Below, one piece after another: positions 29,723 to 38,844 of a stretch of 64,000 bases of DNA. The translations under genes were made by a program, and so were the position numbers. The notes under the pieces are model-generated. The model saw only the letters and a list, made by a program, of their open reading frames with translations, was not told where the DNA came from and made no database searches. Source of the DNA: Candidatus Zhuqueibacterota bacterium. GTDB lineage: Bacteria; Zhuqueibacterota; Zhuqueibacteria; Thermofontimicrobiales; Thermofontimicrobiaceae. The stretch's first letter is position 1, and every line of letters starts with the position of its first letter. Location of the stretch: positions 160,001-224,000 of the forward strand of contig JBMOPW010000034.1 in the NCBI GenBank assembly GCA_049322915.1, written 5' to 3'.

Positions 29723-29737
29723 AAATTTGGTCCCAAT

Positions 29738-31423
29738 TTAAAATACTTTTCCAGCGAATAGCGCTAAATGCTCAAGGATCGGCCCCAGAACCAGTACCGG
29801 GAAGAAAGTCAAAGCCCCGACAATAAGCACAGTGCTGATCAGGATAATCACGAATAAAGGGCTGTCGGTCGGAAATCGTGAGCTTTCATGCGTCATCTTT
29901 TTCTTTGCCAGCGAACCAGCGATCGCCAGCGCGGGAATGATGGTGCTGAAACGCCCAACCAGCATGGCAAAAGCGAGAGTCAAATTATAAAAAATCGTAT
30001 TCGCATTTAGTCCGGCAAATGCTGAACCGTTATTGCCAGCGCCCGATGCAAACGCATAGAGGATTTCGGACAACCCATGAGGTCCGGCGTTATTCAGACT
30101 GGATAAGCCAAAGCTGCTCGAAGCCGCGATTGCCCCTGACAGAAGCTGTATGACGGAGGGCAAAACAATCGCTATCACCGCCATGATCATTTCGTAAGGC
30201 TCCAGTTTCTTCCCAAAAATTTCCGGAGTGCGGCCGATCATCAACCCGACGAGAAACATGGTGAGGATCGCGTACATCAACATGCTGATGAGGCCAACAC
30301 CAACGCCGCCAAAGATCGCTTCGCCCACCATGATATTAAACAGCAGCACAAGTCCGGTGAGTGGCATGAAACTGTCGTGCATGGAATTCACTGCGCCGCA
30401 GGAAGTTGTCGTTGTTGATTGGGCAAACACAACGGAAGCGAGTCGGCCGAACCGCACTTCTTTACCTTCCATATTGGCGCCGCGTTCTATCCCAAATTCT
30501 GCAAGTATTGGGTTGCTCTGAAATTCTGCCATAATGACGCCGGTGAGACCAACCAAATAAAGAATGAGCATTGCTGCAAAAATCGCCCAACCCTGTTTTC
30601 GATTTTTGAGCATGGCTCCAAAGGTCAGTGGGAGCGCCGCCGCGATCAGCAACAGCCCGATGATCTCCAGATAATCGGTAAGGGGCGTCGGATTTTCATA
30701 GGGGTGCGATGCATTGGCATTGAAGAATCCCCCTCCATTGGTTCCCAGTTGTTTGATTGCCTCCTGCGAAGCGACCGGACCCTGAGCGATAACCTGTTCG
30801 TGCCCTTCCAGCGTCTTTACAGTCAGATAGGGTTTAAAATTTTGAATCATTCCCTGTGAGACAAAAATGAGAGACAATAGAATCGACAGCGGCAGGAGCA
30901 CATACAGAATCGAGCGAGTCAGGTCCACCCAAAAACTACCAACGGCCTCGCTTGTTTTTCTGATGAATCCTCTGATGAAAGCGATAGACGCTGCCATTCC
31001 AACCGCCGCGGATAAAAAATTCTGGACGGTCATGCCCAGCATCTGGGTGAAATAGCTCATGGTCGCCTCGCCGCTATAGGCCTGCCAATTGGTATTGGTC
31101 ACGAACGAAATGGCCGTATTGAGCGCCGTGTCCCATCTCACTGCGCCAAACTTTTGAGGATTTAGCGGTAAAAGGGACTGCGCTAATTGGAGGACAAACA
31201 TGGCGACAATGCCGATGACGTTGAAAACCAGCAGACTGAATGCATAGGTTTTCCAACTCATTTCACGGGTTTCATCGATGCCCAACAGCCTGTAAAACCA
31301 CTTTTCCAGGGAGCATTTCAAACTACCTGTGAAAACCTTTGTGAGATAGTGTCCAACCGGAACGGCCAGGACAACGAGTGTACCAATCAGCAGCATCACC
31401 TGCAATACCGTGGTGATAACCAT
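29738..31423 (-). CDS. kdpA: K+-transporting ATPase subunit A
   Basis: SFVTNTNWQAYSGE, LGTNGGGFF and NNGSAFAGL. Confidence 0.99.
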   Translation of the reverse strand: MVITTVLQVMLLIGTLVVLAVPVGHYLTKVFTGSLKCSLEKWFYRLLGIDETREMSWKTYAFSLLVFNVIGIVAMFVLQLAQSLLPLNPQKFGAVRWDTALNTAISFVTNTNWQAYSGEATMSYFTQMLGMTVQNFLSAAVGMAASIAFIRGFIRKTSEAVGSFWVDLTRSILYVLLPLSILLSLIFVSQGMIQNFKPYLTVKTLEGHEQVIAQGPVASQEAIKQLGTNGGGFFNANASHPYENPTPLTDYLEIIGLLLIAAALPLTFGAMLKNRKQGWAIFAAMLILYLVGLTGVIMAEFQSNPILAEFGIERGANMEGKEVRFGRLASVVFAQSTTTTSCGAVNSMHDSFMPLTGLVLLFNIMVGEAIFGGVGVGLISMLMYAILTMFLVGLMIGRTPEIFGKKLEPYEMIMAVIAIVLPSVIQLLSGAIAASSSFGLSSLNNAGPHGLSEILYAFASGAGNNGSAFAGLNANTIFYNLTLAFAMLVGRFSTIIPALAIAGSLAKKKMTHESSRFPTDSPLFVIILISTVLIVGALTFFPVLVLGPILEHLALFAGKVF

Positions 31424-31551
31424 GATCTATCTTTCTGTTTTGATAATGAAAATGCTGTAACCGATATTAAATAAAGTCTGTCCGAAAACTGCTATCATTG
31501 ACCTAACCACAACCCTCTCCGAAAAGGCTTACCCTGACCCATATCTTTTCT

Positions 31552-31764
31552 AACGCAGAGGTCGCAGAGACCGCAGAGGTACGCAGCGTTTTGGTACTGA
31601 AAAAAAACTGTTTGCAATCTTATGAAGCCAGGTATTTTCCTGGTTATTCTGGTCTTCTGTGACTATGGGTGAACATGACTTTCATTGATTGATTGAAAAT
31701 TTTAAAATCACTCAGGCCAATTCAAAGCGGGTCATGTCTCTGCGCCCTTCGCGACCTCTGCGTT
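31552..31764. repeat. Inverted-repeat unit with ~9-bp periodic CGCAGAG arms
   Basis: AACGCAGAGGTCGCAGAGACCGCAGAGG... / ...CTCTGCGCCCTTCGCGACCTCTGCGTT; inverted copy at 50666-50878. Confidence 0.8.
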
Positions 31765-31780
31765 TCATTTGATTTGTTAA

Positions 31781-32045
31781 CCCTACTACGTCACATAGAT
31801 TTTTTATCGTTGTATATTGTATTTTTGATAGATGAAATACTCAACATATTGTGATAAATTTACTAACCTGAATTATTCATGAACTTGCTCAGAATTTGAG
31901 TCAACATTCAGATTTTCAATTAGCTAAAGGCTAAGCTATTTTGAAACTCAGTTTTTATACGTTTATTCCAAAAAGAGCACCATTCAGGTTAGCCAGCCTC
32001 CTCTAAAAATACTATGAATAATGCAGGCTAAATGACGTTGTAGGG
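31781..32045. mobile_element. MITE with CCCTAC(T/A)ACGTCA TIRs flanked by TTAA
   Basis: TTAA|CCCTACTACGTCA ... TGACGTTGTAGGG|TTAA; a 94-bp version lies at 50556-50649. Confidence 0.75.
31867..32027. mobile_element. 161-bp MITE with 4-bp target duplication (IS1380-like ends)
   Basis: CTAA|CCTGAATTATTCAT ... ATGAATAATGCAGG|CTAA (TIR 13/14); copy B carries the empty site with a single CTAA. Confidence 0.85.
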
Positions 32046-32253
32046 TTAATATCCCCCAACGTATGGGCAAGGATTAGCCTACAAGGAGAGGGAGAACAGA
32101 TATTCCCCTTCTTGCCCGCAAGGTAAGAACGGGTTCAGGGGATAAGGTCTGACGGAATGAGGTCTAAAAATATCACCCCAATAGCTAATTCAGGTGTTTT
32201 CGGACAGACACCAAATAGTTACAAAATCACGTGTAAAAGAAAATGAACATCTA

Positions 32254-33558
32254 TTAAATTAAAATCCCGGCAATGCACGCCGTTGTCGCAGTTGCCATGG
32301 CGCCGGCAAACATAGCGCGCAAACCCAATCGCGCCAGGTCCGAACGTCGTGAGGGAGCCATCCCGCCAATGCCGCCGATTTGAATAGCGATGGATGAAAA
32401 ATTGGCAAATCCGCACAACGCATAGGTGGCAATGAGAACCGTGCGCTGGGAGATAACGCCCTGTTGAATCATCTGGCCCAAATCCACGTACGCGACAAAT
32501 TCATTCAGGGTGATTTTTGTCCCCAACAGCGTGGCGAATTCAGGGACATCGCTCCAGGGCACGCCCATGACAAAAGCGATGGGAGCAAACACCCAACTGA
32601 AAACCTGTTTCAGGCTCGATGGGAAAAATGGGACGACATTATTCAATGCCTGGAAGCCGAAGTTGACCATAGCGATAAGGGCGATGAACGCCAGCAGCAT
32701 GGCCCCGACATTGAGCGCCAGCTTCAATCCGTCAGCAGCGCCAGTCGCAGCCGCATCGATGACATTGGCCGTCTCCCGCTCGACCTTCATTTTGACCGTG
32801 CCTTTGGTGAGCGGCTCTTCTGTCTCCGGCAGAAAAGTTTTGGCCATGACAAAAGCGGCTGGCGCGGACATGACGCTGGCAGCCATCATGTGCCCGGGAT
32901 CGATTCCGAAACGGGCGTAGGCAGCCATCACACCGCCGGCGATGTTCGAGAAACCACTGACCATAATCGCCATCAACTCGCTCTTGGTCATGGTCGGCAC
33001 ATAAGGCCGAACGACCAGCGGCGCTTCCGTTTGCCCGACAAAAATATCGAAGGCTACCGAGAGCGACTCCGCGCCCGAGGTTCGCATTGTCTTTTGCATG
33101 ACCCAAGCCATGAGCTGGACAATGCGCTGCATGACGCCGAGATGATAGAGAATCCCCATTAACGAAGCGAAGAAGATGATCGTCGGCAGGATATGAAACG
33201 CGAAGATGATCCCCAGATCGACGAAGGAACCGCTGGCCGCATCCCAGACCTGAATGGGTCCGGCGCCCCCCGGGCCAAGATTCTTCACAACGCCTGGATC
33301 GCCGCGGTAGATATTGCCGAACAAAAAACTGGCGCCGGCATCGGTGAAGCTGAGCAGATGCATAAAAATATCCCGGAAGACGAAGAAAATGCGTTTCCCG
33401 ATGGGCGTTTTCAAAATGAACAATGCGAACAGCAATTGCAGTCCAATGCCCCAGAGGATAACGCGCAGTTGAATCGCTTTCCTGTTCTTGGAGAAAAGTA
33501 CAGCAATACCGATCAGCACGACGATGCCGACGGCGCTCATGACTCGCTCAAAAATCAT
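32254..33558 (-). CDS. NupC/CNT family Na+/nucleoside transporter (likely start 33558; ORF track starts 33618)
   Basis: IFVGQTEAPL, MSAPAA, KITLNEFVAY and YALCGFANFSSIAIQIGG. Confidence 0.95.
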   Translation of the reverse strand: MIFERVMSAVGIVVLIGIAVLFSKNRKAIQLRVILWGIGLQLLFALFILKTPIGKRIFFVFRDIFMHLLSFTDAGASFLFGNIYRGDPGVVKNLGPGGAGPIQVWDAASGSFVDLGIIFAFHILPTIIFFASLMGILYHLGVMQRIVQLMAWVMQKTMRTSGAESLSVAFDIFVGQTEAPLVVRPYVPTMTKSELMAIMVSGFSNIAGGVMAAYARFGIDPGHMMAASVMSAPAAFVMAKTFLPETEEPLTKGTVKMKVERETANVIDAAATGAADGLKLALNVGAMLLAFIALIAMVNFGFQALNNVVPFFPSSLKQVFSWVFAPIAFVMGVPWSDVPEFATLLGTKITLNEFVAYVDLGQMIQQGVISQRTVLIATYALCGFANFSSIAIQIGGIGGMAPSRRSDLARLGLRAMFAGAMATATTACIAGILI

Positions 33559-33705
33559 ACTTTGATTCCTTGTAAAAATAAACTGCCTGATATTCGGACA
33601 TCCATCACGAAGTATCAAGCATGGGTTAGGGATTAACGGTCACACACCGAATTGAACCTTTCGAATTGCAACCTGTTCGGAATTGCGTATTCCAAAAATA
33701 TGAAA

Positions 33706-33778
33706 TTCCGTTGTTTTAACTCACCCGCTATTATTAAACGCAACGGAGGAAAAATCAGGTGTAGTGATTTGTTAGGCC
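33706..33778 (-). other. Degenerate attC-like site overlapping the vsr stop codon
   Basis: Minus strand GCCTAAC (contains the TAA) - AAATCACTA CACCTG ... TCCGTTGCG ... CGGGTG AGTT; the distal core site is eroded. Confidence 0.5.
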
Positions 33779-34188
33779 ACAGTCTTATCTATAAATTCTT
33801 TCAATTTATTCATGATTACGGGATCATGATCTCTTAGCTCGCACTCCCAGATGATGAAATAGCTCCATCCGCTTGCTACTAAAAGCTGATAATTTTCCTG
33901 ATCACGTCTGACATTATCATGTATCTTTCCTTCCCAGAAATCTTTATTTGACCGTGGCCACTTGAAATACTTGCAACAATGCTTATGCCAGAAACAACCA
34001 TGCACAAAGACAGCCTTTTTTCGACGGGAGAAAACTATATCAGGTTTGCCTGGCAGGTCTTTCCGATGAAGTCGATATCTGTATCCCCGAGACCACAGCC
34101 ATTTACGAACAAACAACTCCGGTTTTGTGTCCTTGCCTTTTATCCGGGACATGTTGTAGCTACGTCGTTCCAGCGAGTGAACATCCAT
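33772..34188 (-). CDS. vsr: Very short patch repair endonuclease
   Basis: RSYNMSRIKGKDTKPE, LPGKPDIV, FVHGCFWH.H and IWECE. Confidence 0.97.
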   Translation of the reverse strand: MDVHSLERRSYNMSRIKGKDTKPELFVRKWLWSRGYRYRLHRKDLPGKPDIVFSRRKKAVFVHGCFWHKHCCKYFKWPRSNKDFWEGKIHDNVRRDQENYQLLVASGWSYFIIWECELRDHDPVIMNKLKEFIDKTVA

Positions 34189-35300
34189 TATTCTGTCTCC
34201 CCGGATGTGGCAATCACCTCTCTTATTATTTTGTTTCGATCGATTTCAGGTTGACCTTGACGGGCATAATAGGAAGAAAAACGTGACAAAATATCTTTCA
34301 CGAAGTGCGGAGATATCTGAATGTGCGGCTGATTATAAGCGTTCTCGAATTGATCTATTGTACATGTTGATATTTTTCTGAAATTAATAAATCCACCATA
34401 GAAGTAATCTGTCTCAGGCAACCAGTGAAAATAATCCGTGTAATTATTGCCAAATAAGTTGTTGAGCTTATTCTTTTTCTTGTCTTTTTGAGTAATGCCA
34501 TTCAAAGCGACCTCAATAATCGAATTCCTTTCTTCAACTTCTACGAGAAGGATACGGTCGGTTTTAAAATTGCCATCGCTTCTGACAACCAGATCACAAG
34601 CCGGACTTAATAGCACATAAAGGTCATTCCCCTCCCTTTTCCTTACAATGCTTCCAGTCTTTGGGCCATCCGATAGTGGCGGATAAATATAGACTTCCTC
34701 CGGGTAACATTGATTTTCATCTTCATCAAGAATCTGTACAAGATGATTAAGCGTGAAACGAAGTAATGCTTTTTCGGTTCTTGTAGGATTTTCTCTCCCA
34801 TAAATTTCCCACACCCTTAGCTGGGGCAACAGATTCTTCACAAACACCTTATTTAATGCCTCCTCTATCTTTCCCCTTCCCCCCATTATTTTCGTCAGTC
34901 CTGTATTATAAATTTCAAAAAACACATCCAGTATGTCTTTTTGGTAATCTGCCTCTCCTTTTTTAAGTACTTTTACCAATTCAGATTTTTCTTCCTCACC
35001 TATACTGTCCGGCGTCCCCGTTAGAATAATCACAGGTATTCTGAAAAAAGAATCTTTGATTTTTTCCAACACATCTTTTCCTCTGTTATCGCCATCAGAA
35101 AATTTCAGATCTACAATTGCACCATCAAACGAACCGTCTATTTCATTAAGAGCGTCATCTACTGATTTGCATTCTATCAGTTTAAAAACCAGACCAATGC
35201 CTTCGTCATTTCTCTTCTTTTGGTAGATCTCAATAGAATCCCTACAAACTTTTAAATCCGATTCGTCGTCTTCAATAATCATCAGTTTGATCTCATGCAT
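34188..35300 (-). CDS. Receiver (REC) domain fused to an uncharacterised C-terminal domain
   Basis: LMIIEDDE...AIVDL...ILTG...KKG receiver pattern; C-terminal LSPACDL...YYARQGQP domain with no HTH. Confidence 0.8.
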   Translation of the reverse strand: MHEIKLMIIEDDESDLKVCRDSIEIYQKKRNDEGIGLVFKLIECKSVDDALNEIDGSFDGAIVDLKFSDGDNRGKDVLEKIKDSFFRIPVIILTGTPDSIGEEEKSELVKVLKKGEADYQKDILDVFFEIYNTGLTKIMGGRGKIEEALNKVFVKNLLPQLRVWEIYGRENPTRTEKALLRFTLNHLVQILDEDENQCYPEEVYIYPPLSDGPKTGSIVRKREGNDLYVLLSPACDLVVRSDGNFKTDRILLVEVEERNSIIEVALNGITQKDKKKNKLNNLFGNNYTDYFHWLPETDYFYGGFINFRKISTCTIDQFENAYNQPHIQISPHFVKDILSRFSSYYARQGQPEIDRNKIIREVIATSGETE

Positions 35301-35311
35301 GATTAATTCTC

Positions 35312-37483
35312 CTACTTTGGTTGCAATCTGAAAAATGCACCGTTTTCAGATTCAAATGCCTTCAGCTCAAGTCCATTCCGGGTGGCTGCTTCACCTGCGA
35401 TAGACAAGCCGAGTCCTGTACCCTCTGGTTTGGTGGAAAACTGAGGCTCAAATATTACTTCGCTGGCTATAAGCTGAGGTTCTATACCTGGGCCGGTATC
35501 CCGATAATCAATGTATTGGAGTTCATTTCCGTCTGTTACAATATCGATTGTGATTTCCTTTTTGGGGGATTTTTTTTCATTTATCCAGTAAATACTATTA
35601 TCTGCCAAGTTGGTAAAAATCGCATAGATATCCTGATGCCAACCCGTAAATCTGAAGTCACCGGAACCGTTAACCTTCACAATAATACCGCCTTTTTTCA
35701 TTTCCTCGCTGAAGACTTTAAATATTTCCTCAATAATTCTTTTGAGTGGCAGTTGTTCTCTTTTGCTTCTTTTCCCGGCAGCAAGAGGATCAAGACGGCT
35801 GAAAAGTTTCACAAACACATCTGCGTTTTTACTGATACCTTCGGTAATTGGAATAATCCTTGCCAATGTTTCAGGATCTTGCTTCTCCTTGAAGGAATTC
35901 GACCAATACTCCAGATTTGGAATTTGATTCCTGAAGTAATGCAGAGGCCTCCTGCCTTCATGCAAAATAACGTTAATTATTTTCCCTAAGGTAGCCTGTC
36001 CCTGATAAACTGCGACAGCCTGTCTTATCTCTTCAGCGATACTATTCTTGTCTTCTTCCTCTTTACTTAGAATTTGGATAATTTCATCTGTAGTTTGTAG
36101 ATCCACTCCGACCTTTTCTAACTTGGCACGAATACCCCGCTTCAATTCGTCGAAAGCAAACAATCTTTCCAACTCCCGTTCCACCTTAAGAGCAGGTCTG
36201 CTCAGTCCGGCACTTTTCCGGTAGTCAAAACGGCGCTCTTCAAGACGGGCAATTACCTCGCGGGAAATTGCTTTCAGTTTTTCAAAGGCAACGTTCTCCC
36301 GCAGTCCGTCTCTGGCACTTTTTTCTATAATGGTGGATTGTTCTTCGGATTGAATCTGCACATAGCCTATAACCTGATTACTACCTATTCTCAGAGATGG
36401 GTTCTGGACGCGCTGTTCATTCAGCTTTAACCAGTCAAAGTCTGCATCGCCAAGAGGCCTGATCCGGAAGCCATTCCTGTAAACTCCGATTCCATTGTAT
36501 TCGTTCAGAAGCTCTCTGGCCTGAAGCTTACCGACATAATTCCCGGATTCATCTTTCAGTCCTCGTCCAATCAAAGACTCTATGGCCTCCTTTTCCCGAT
36601 CATAAACCCGGATATCAAAAAATAGCTCACCACATCCTGTCGTGCTCCCGAAATCAAACGGAATATTTTCCTCTGTGGTGTTTCTGGCTTTTTGCAGGGA
36701 GTAGGTCAGACTTCCCTTCCCATCTGCACCGATCCTGCCGGCAATCCTGTAATCAAACAGGTCAACAATCGGATATGGCTCCACGTCCTCGTCGATTAAT
36801 TCTTCCTGACCTTCAAAGAAGTTTTCGAGTCTCAGGTGAATTCTGAAAGTATCTTTGGCTTCATCACCAGACAAAATACTGCTAACCGGCGACATTAGTT
36901 TTTTTAGCTCAAATTTAAGTTTGTCTATTTGTGTCTTATTTTTGATGTCCTTTTTTACCCATTCGTTAATGTGTTCACCATTTCCGGTAATTGTCAGGCG
37001 TGTCCCAGACGGAAGGTCTGTTTTCTCACTTTCTACAAGTATCTCCACCTCGTCGAGATACTGCACTTTTTCAAAACTGGACCACTCAATATAAACCGTT
37101 GTTTTTTCACTATCCGCAACGGTTTCAAGGAAGATGTCGTCGCCTAGAATAGATGCAGCGTAACGGCCAACACCTTTTCGTCCCTGCATTATCCGTCCGT
37201 TCGGGCTTTTTCTCCTTTTCAGCTTGTCATCGGTGGATGGGACCATCCATTGATTGATTACGGTATCACTGGACATTCCGTGTCCATGATCCTCGATCGT
37301 TATTGAGTACTGATTTCGGCTTTCTGAAGCTTTAAATGTTATATATACATCGGGTGAGTCTGCATCGTACGCATTTTTTACAAGCTCAACTATAGCCGCA
37401 TACCTGTCTTGTATGAGGTCCCGACCTATGGTAAGTATATGTCTGCCTGCAGGCCTAATCAAATACGATTTTCTTGATTCCAC
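35312..37483 (-). CDS. MORC/MutL-type GHKL ATPase fused to a C-terminal histidine kinase
   Basis: N-terminal ELVKNAYDAD, DHGHGM and GRKGVGR; middle VYRNGFRI; C-terminal H box HEGRRPL, NLADNS, DTGPGI, FSTK and GTGLGL. Confidence 0.88.
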   Translation of the reverse strand: MESRKSYLIRPAGRHILTIGRDLIQDRYAAIVELVKNAYDADSPDVYITFKASESRNQYSITIEDHGHGMSSDTVINQWMVPSTDDKLKRRKSPNGRIMQGRKGVGRYAASILGDDIFLETVADSEKTTVYIEWSSFEKVQYLDEVEILVESEKTDLPSGTRLTITGNGEHINEWVKKDIKNKTQIDKLKFELKKLMSPVSSILSGDEAKDTFRIHLRLENFFEGQEELIDEDVEPYPIVDLFDYRIAGRIGADGKGSLTYSLQKARNTTEENIPFDFGSTTGCGELFFDIRVYDREKEAIESLIGRGLKDESGNYVGKLQARELLNEYNGIGVYRNGFRIRPLGDADFDWLKLNEQRVQNPSLRIGSNQVIGYVQIQSEEQSTIIEKSARDGLRENVAFEKLKAISREVIARLEERRFDYRKSAGLSRPALKVERELERLFAFDELKRGIRAKLEKVGVDLQTTDEIIQILSKEEEDKNSIAEEIRQAVAVYQGQATLGKIINVILHEGRRPLHYFRNQIPNLEYWSNSFKEKQDPETLARIIPITEGISKNADVFVKLFSRLDPLAAGKRSKREQLPLKRIIEEIFKVFSEEMKKGGIIVKVNGSGDFRFTGWHQDIYAIFTNLADNSIYWINEKKSPKKEITIDIVTDGNELQYIDYRDTGPGIEPQLIASEVIFEPQFSTKPEGTGLGLSIAGEAATRNGLELKAFESENGAFFRLQPK

Positions 37484-38748
37484 TACAAAACCTCCTTTAA
37501 TTTTTCCGCTATTCTCTGAGCAAGCAAAACAGGCACAGCGTTACCAATTTGACGGAAGGCAGGGGTTCTATGTGGAATACCGGATACACTTTCAAAAAAG
37601 TAGTCATCAGGGAATGTCTGAATTCTGGCTACTTCCCTTGGTGTCAGAGAACGGTTTTGTTCAATATCAGGGTGAATATAGTAGTGCCCGTCCTTGGCTA
37701 TATGGGCGACAACAGTGTGTGAAAATTGCAGATCGCCGGCGACGACCTTAAACCTGTCCAGAAATGAATTTCTGTGCCGGTGCGTCTTCAGCCTGTCAGG
37801 GAGTTGGTTGTAGTTAAGCCTGTTCTTTTTTTTATTCCAGAGTTCAACAACGATCCTGTAAATTTCAAGGTCATGGTCTCTATTCGGTCGCGCCTGATGC
37901 CATGTAACAGATAGTGAATCATTTCTGATACAGGCATCATAGAGATATGATCCGGTGTATTTTTTGGTTCTGCAGGGACCGAAATCTCCTTGTCCGGCTT
38001 GTAATGGAGGAAGGTCCCTGAAAACCTCATAAACCATTACGTTGGTGTGCCATTTAACAGGTTCAGGAAAAAAACCTGTACCTTTCCCCAGCTTTCCGAC
38101 CAAGATGATCCTTTGCCTGCTTTGCAAAACACCATATTCTTCTGCTGCCAGTGTCATAAACTCAGTTTCATAACCTGCATCGCGGAATAGACGCCTCATA
38201 CTGTCAAAATAAAGATTACCGTTTTCATCCTTAGCTGATAGTAGACCAGTAACATTTTCAAAGACAAACCACAAAGGGCGGTAACGATTAAGAAATTCCG
38301 CGTAGTAGACGTATAGATAGTTTCTCCTGTCGCCCTTCATACGGTTTTTGTCTCTTGAGCGGCCGACGATTGAATATGCTTGGCAGGGCGGCCCTCCGAT
38401 AATCAGATCAAGCTTGGCACCATTCAGTAATTCATCTGTCTTTCTGAATAGTTCAGGAAGAGATTCTTTACTGATTTCGGAATTGATGACAGAATTAATG
38501 CAATGAACAGGAACGAGGCTGTAAAGAAAGGAACGTGAAACGTTCCCCAACAAATAATCATCATATTGCTCAACGCGGCCATGTGTCTTCAACCAGTGAT
38601 AAGCCATCCGGGTTCGCAGCGTGAAGCATGCAGCCTGATCAGCTTCAATATGCGCTATGGGACAGAATCCGGCCCGAATAAATCCTTCGGATAAACCACC
38701 AGCCCCTGCAAAAAGGTCAAGAAATATAGGATTATTGTCACTTCTCAT
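37483..38748 (-). CDS. dcm: DNA (cytosine-5)-methyltransferase
   Basis: DLFAGAGG, GGPPCQAYS, FENVTG, QSRQR, TPREVARIQTFPD and QIGNAVP. Confidence 0.97.
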   Translation of the reverse strand: MRSDNNPIFLDLFAGAGGLSEGFIRAGFCPIAHIEADQAACFTLRTRMAYHWLKTHGRVEQYDDYLLGNVSRSFLYSLVPVHCINSVINSEISKESLPELFRKTDELLNGAKLDLIIGGPPCQAYSIVGRSRDKNRMKGDRRNYLYVYYAEFLNRYRPLWFVFENVTGLLSAKDENGNLYFDSMRRLFRDAGYETEFMTLAAEEYGVLQSRQRIILVGKLGKGTGFFPEPVKWHTNVMVYEVFRDLPPLQAGQGDFGPCRTKKYTGSYLYDACIRNDSLSVTWHQARPNRDHDLEIYRIVVELWNKKKNRLNYNQLPDRLKTHRHRNSFLDRFKVVAGDLQFSHTVVAHIAKDGHYYIHPDIEQNRSLTPREVARIQTFPDDYFFESVSGIPHRTPAFRQIGNAVPVLLAQRIAEKLKEVL

Positions 38749-38844
38749 TAGATACTTTTATTTTTTTTTGGCATAACAGGTTAATAAGATAGCGCGCCAG
38801 TTGTTGACCCTATCTCTTCGAAAGACAGTCTGGCAGGTTTCGTC

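Larger units (their letters stand above)
31476..32209. mobile_element. Nested MITE composite, copy A
   Basis: Perfect 14-bp TIR GTCTGTCCGAAAAC / GTTTTCGGACAGAC; non-coding; homologous to 50471-51025; contains several internal IR-bounded units. Confidence 0.85.

Noticed and set aside
31552..31590. CGCAGAG periodic repeats as a CRISPR array
   Set aside because: 9-bp period with no spacers, part of an inverted-repeat element, and no cas genes in the window.
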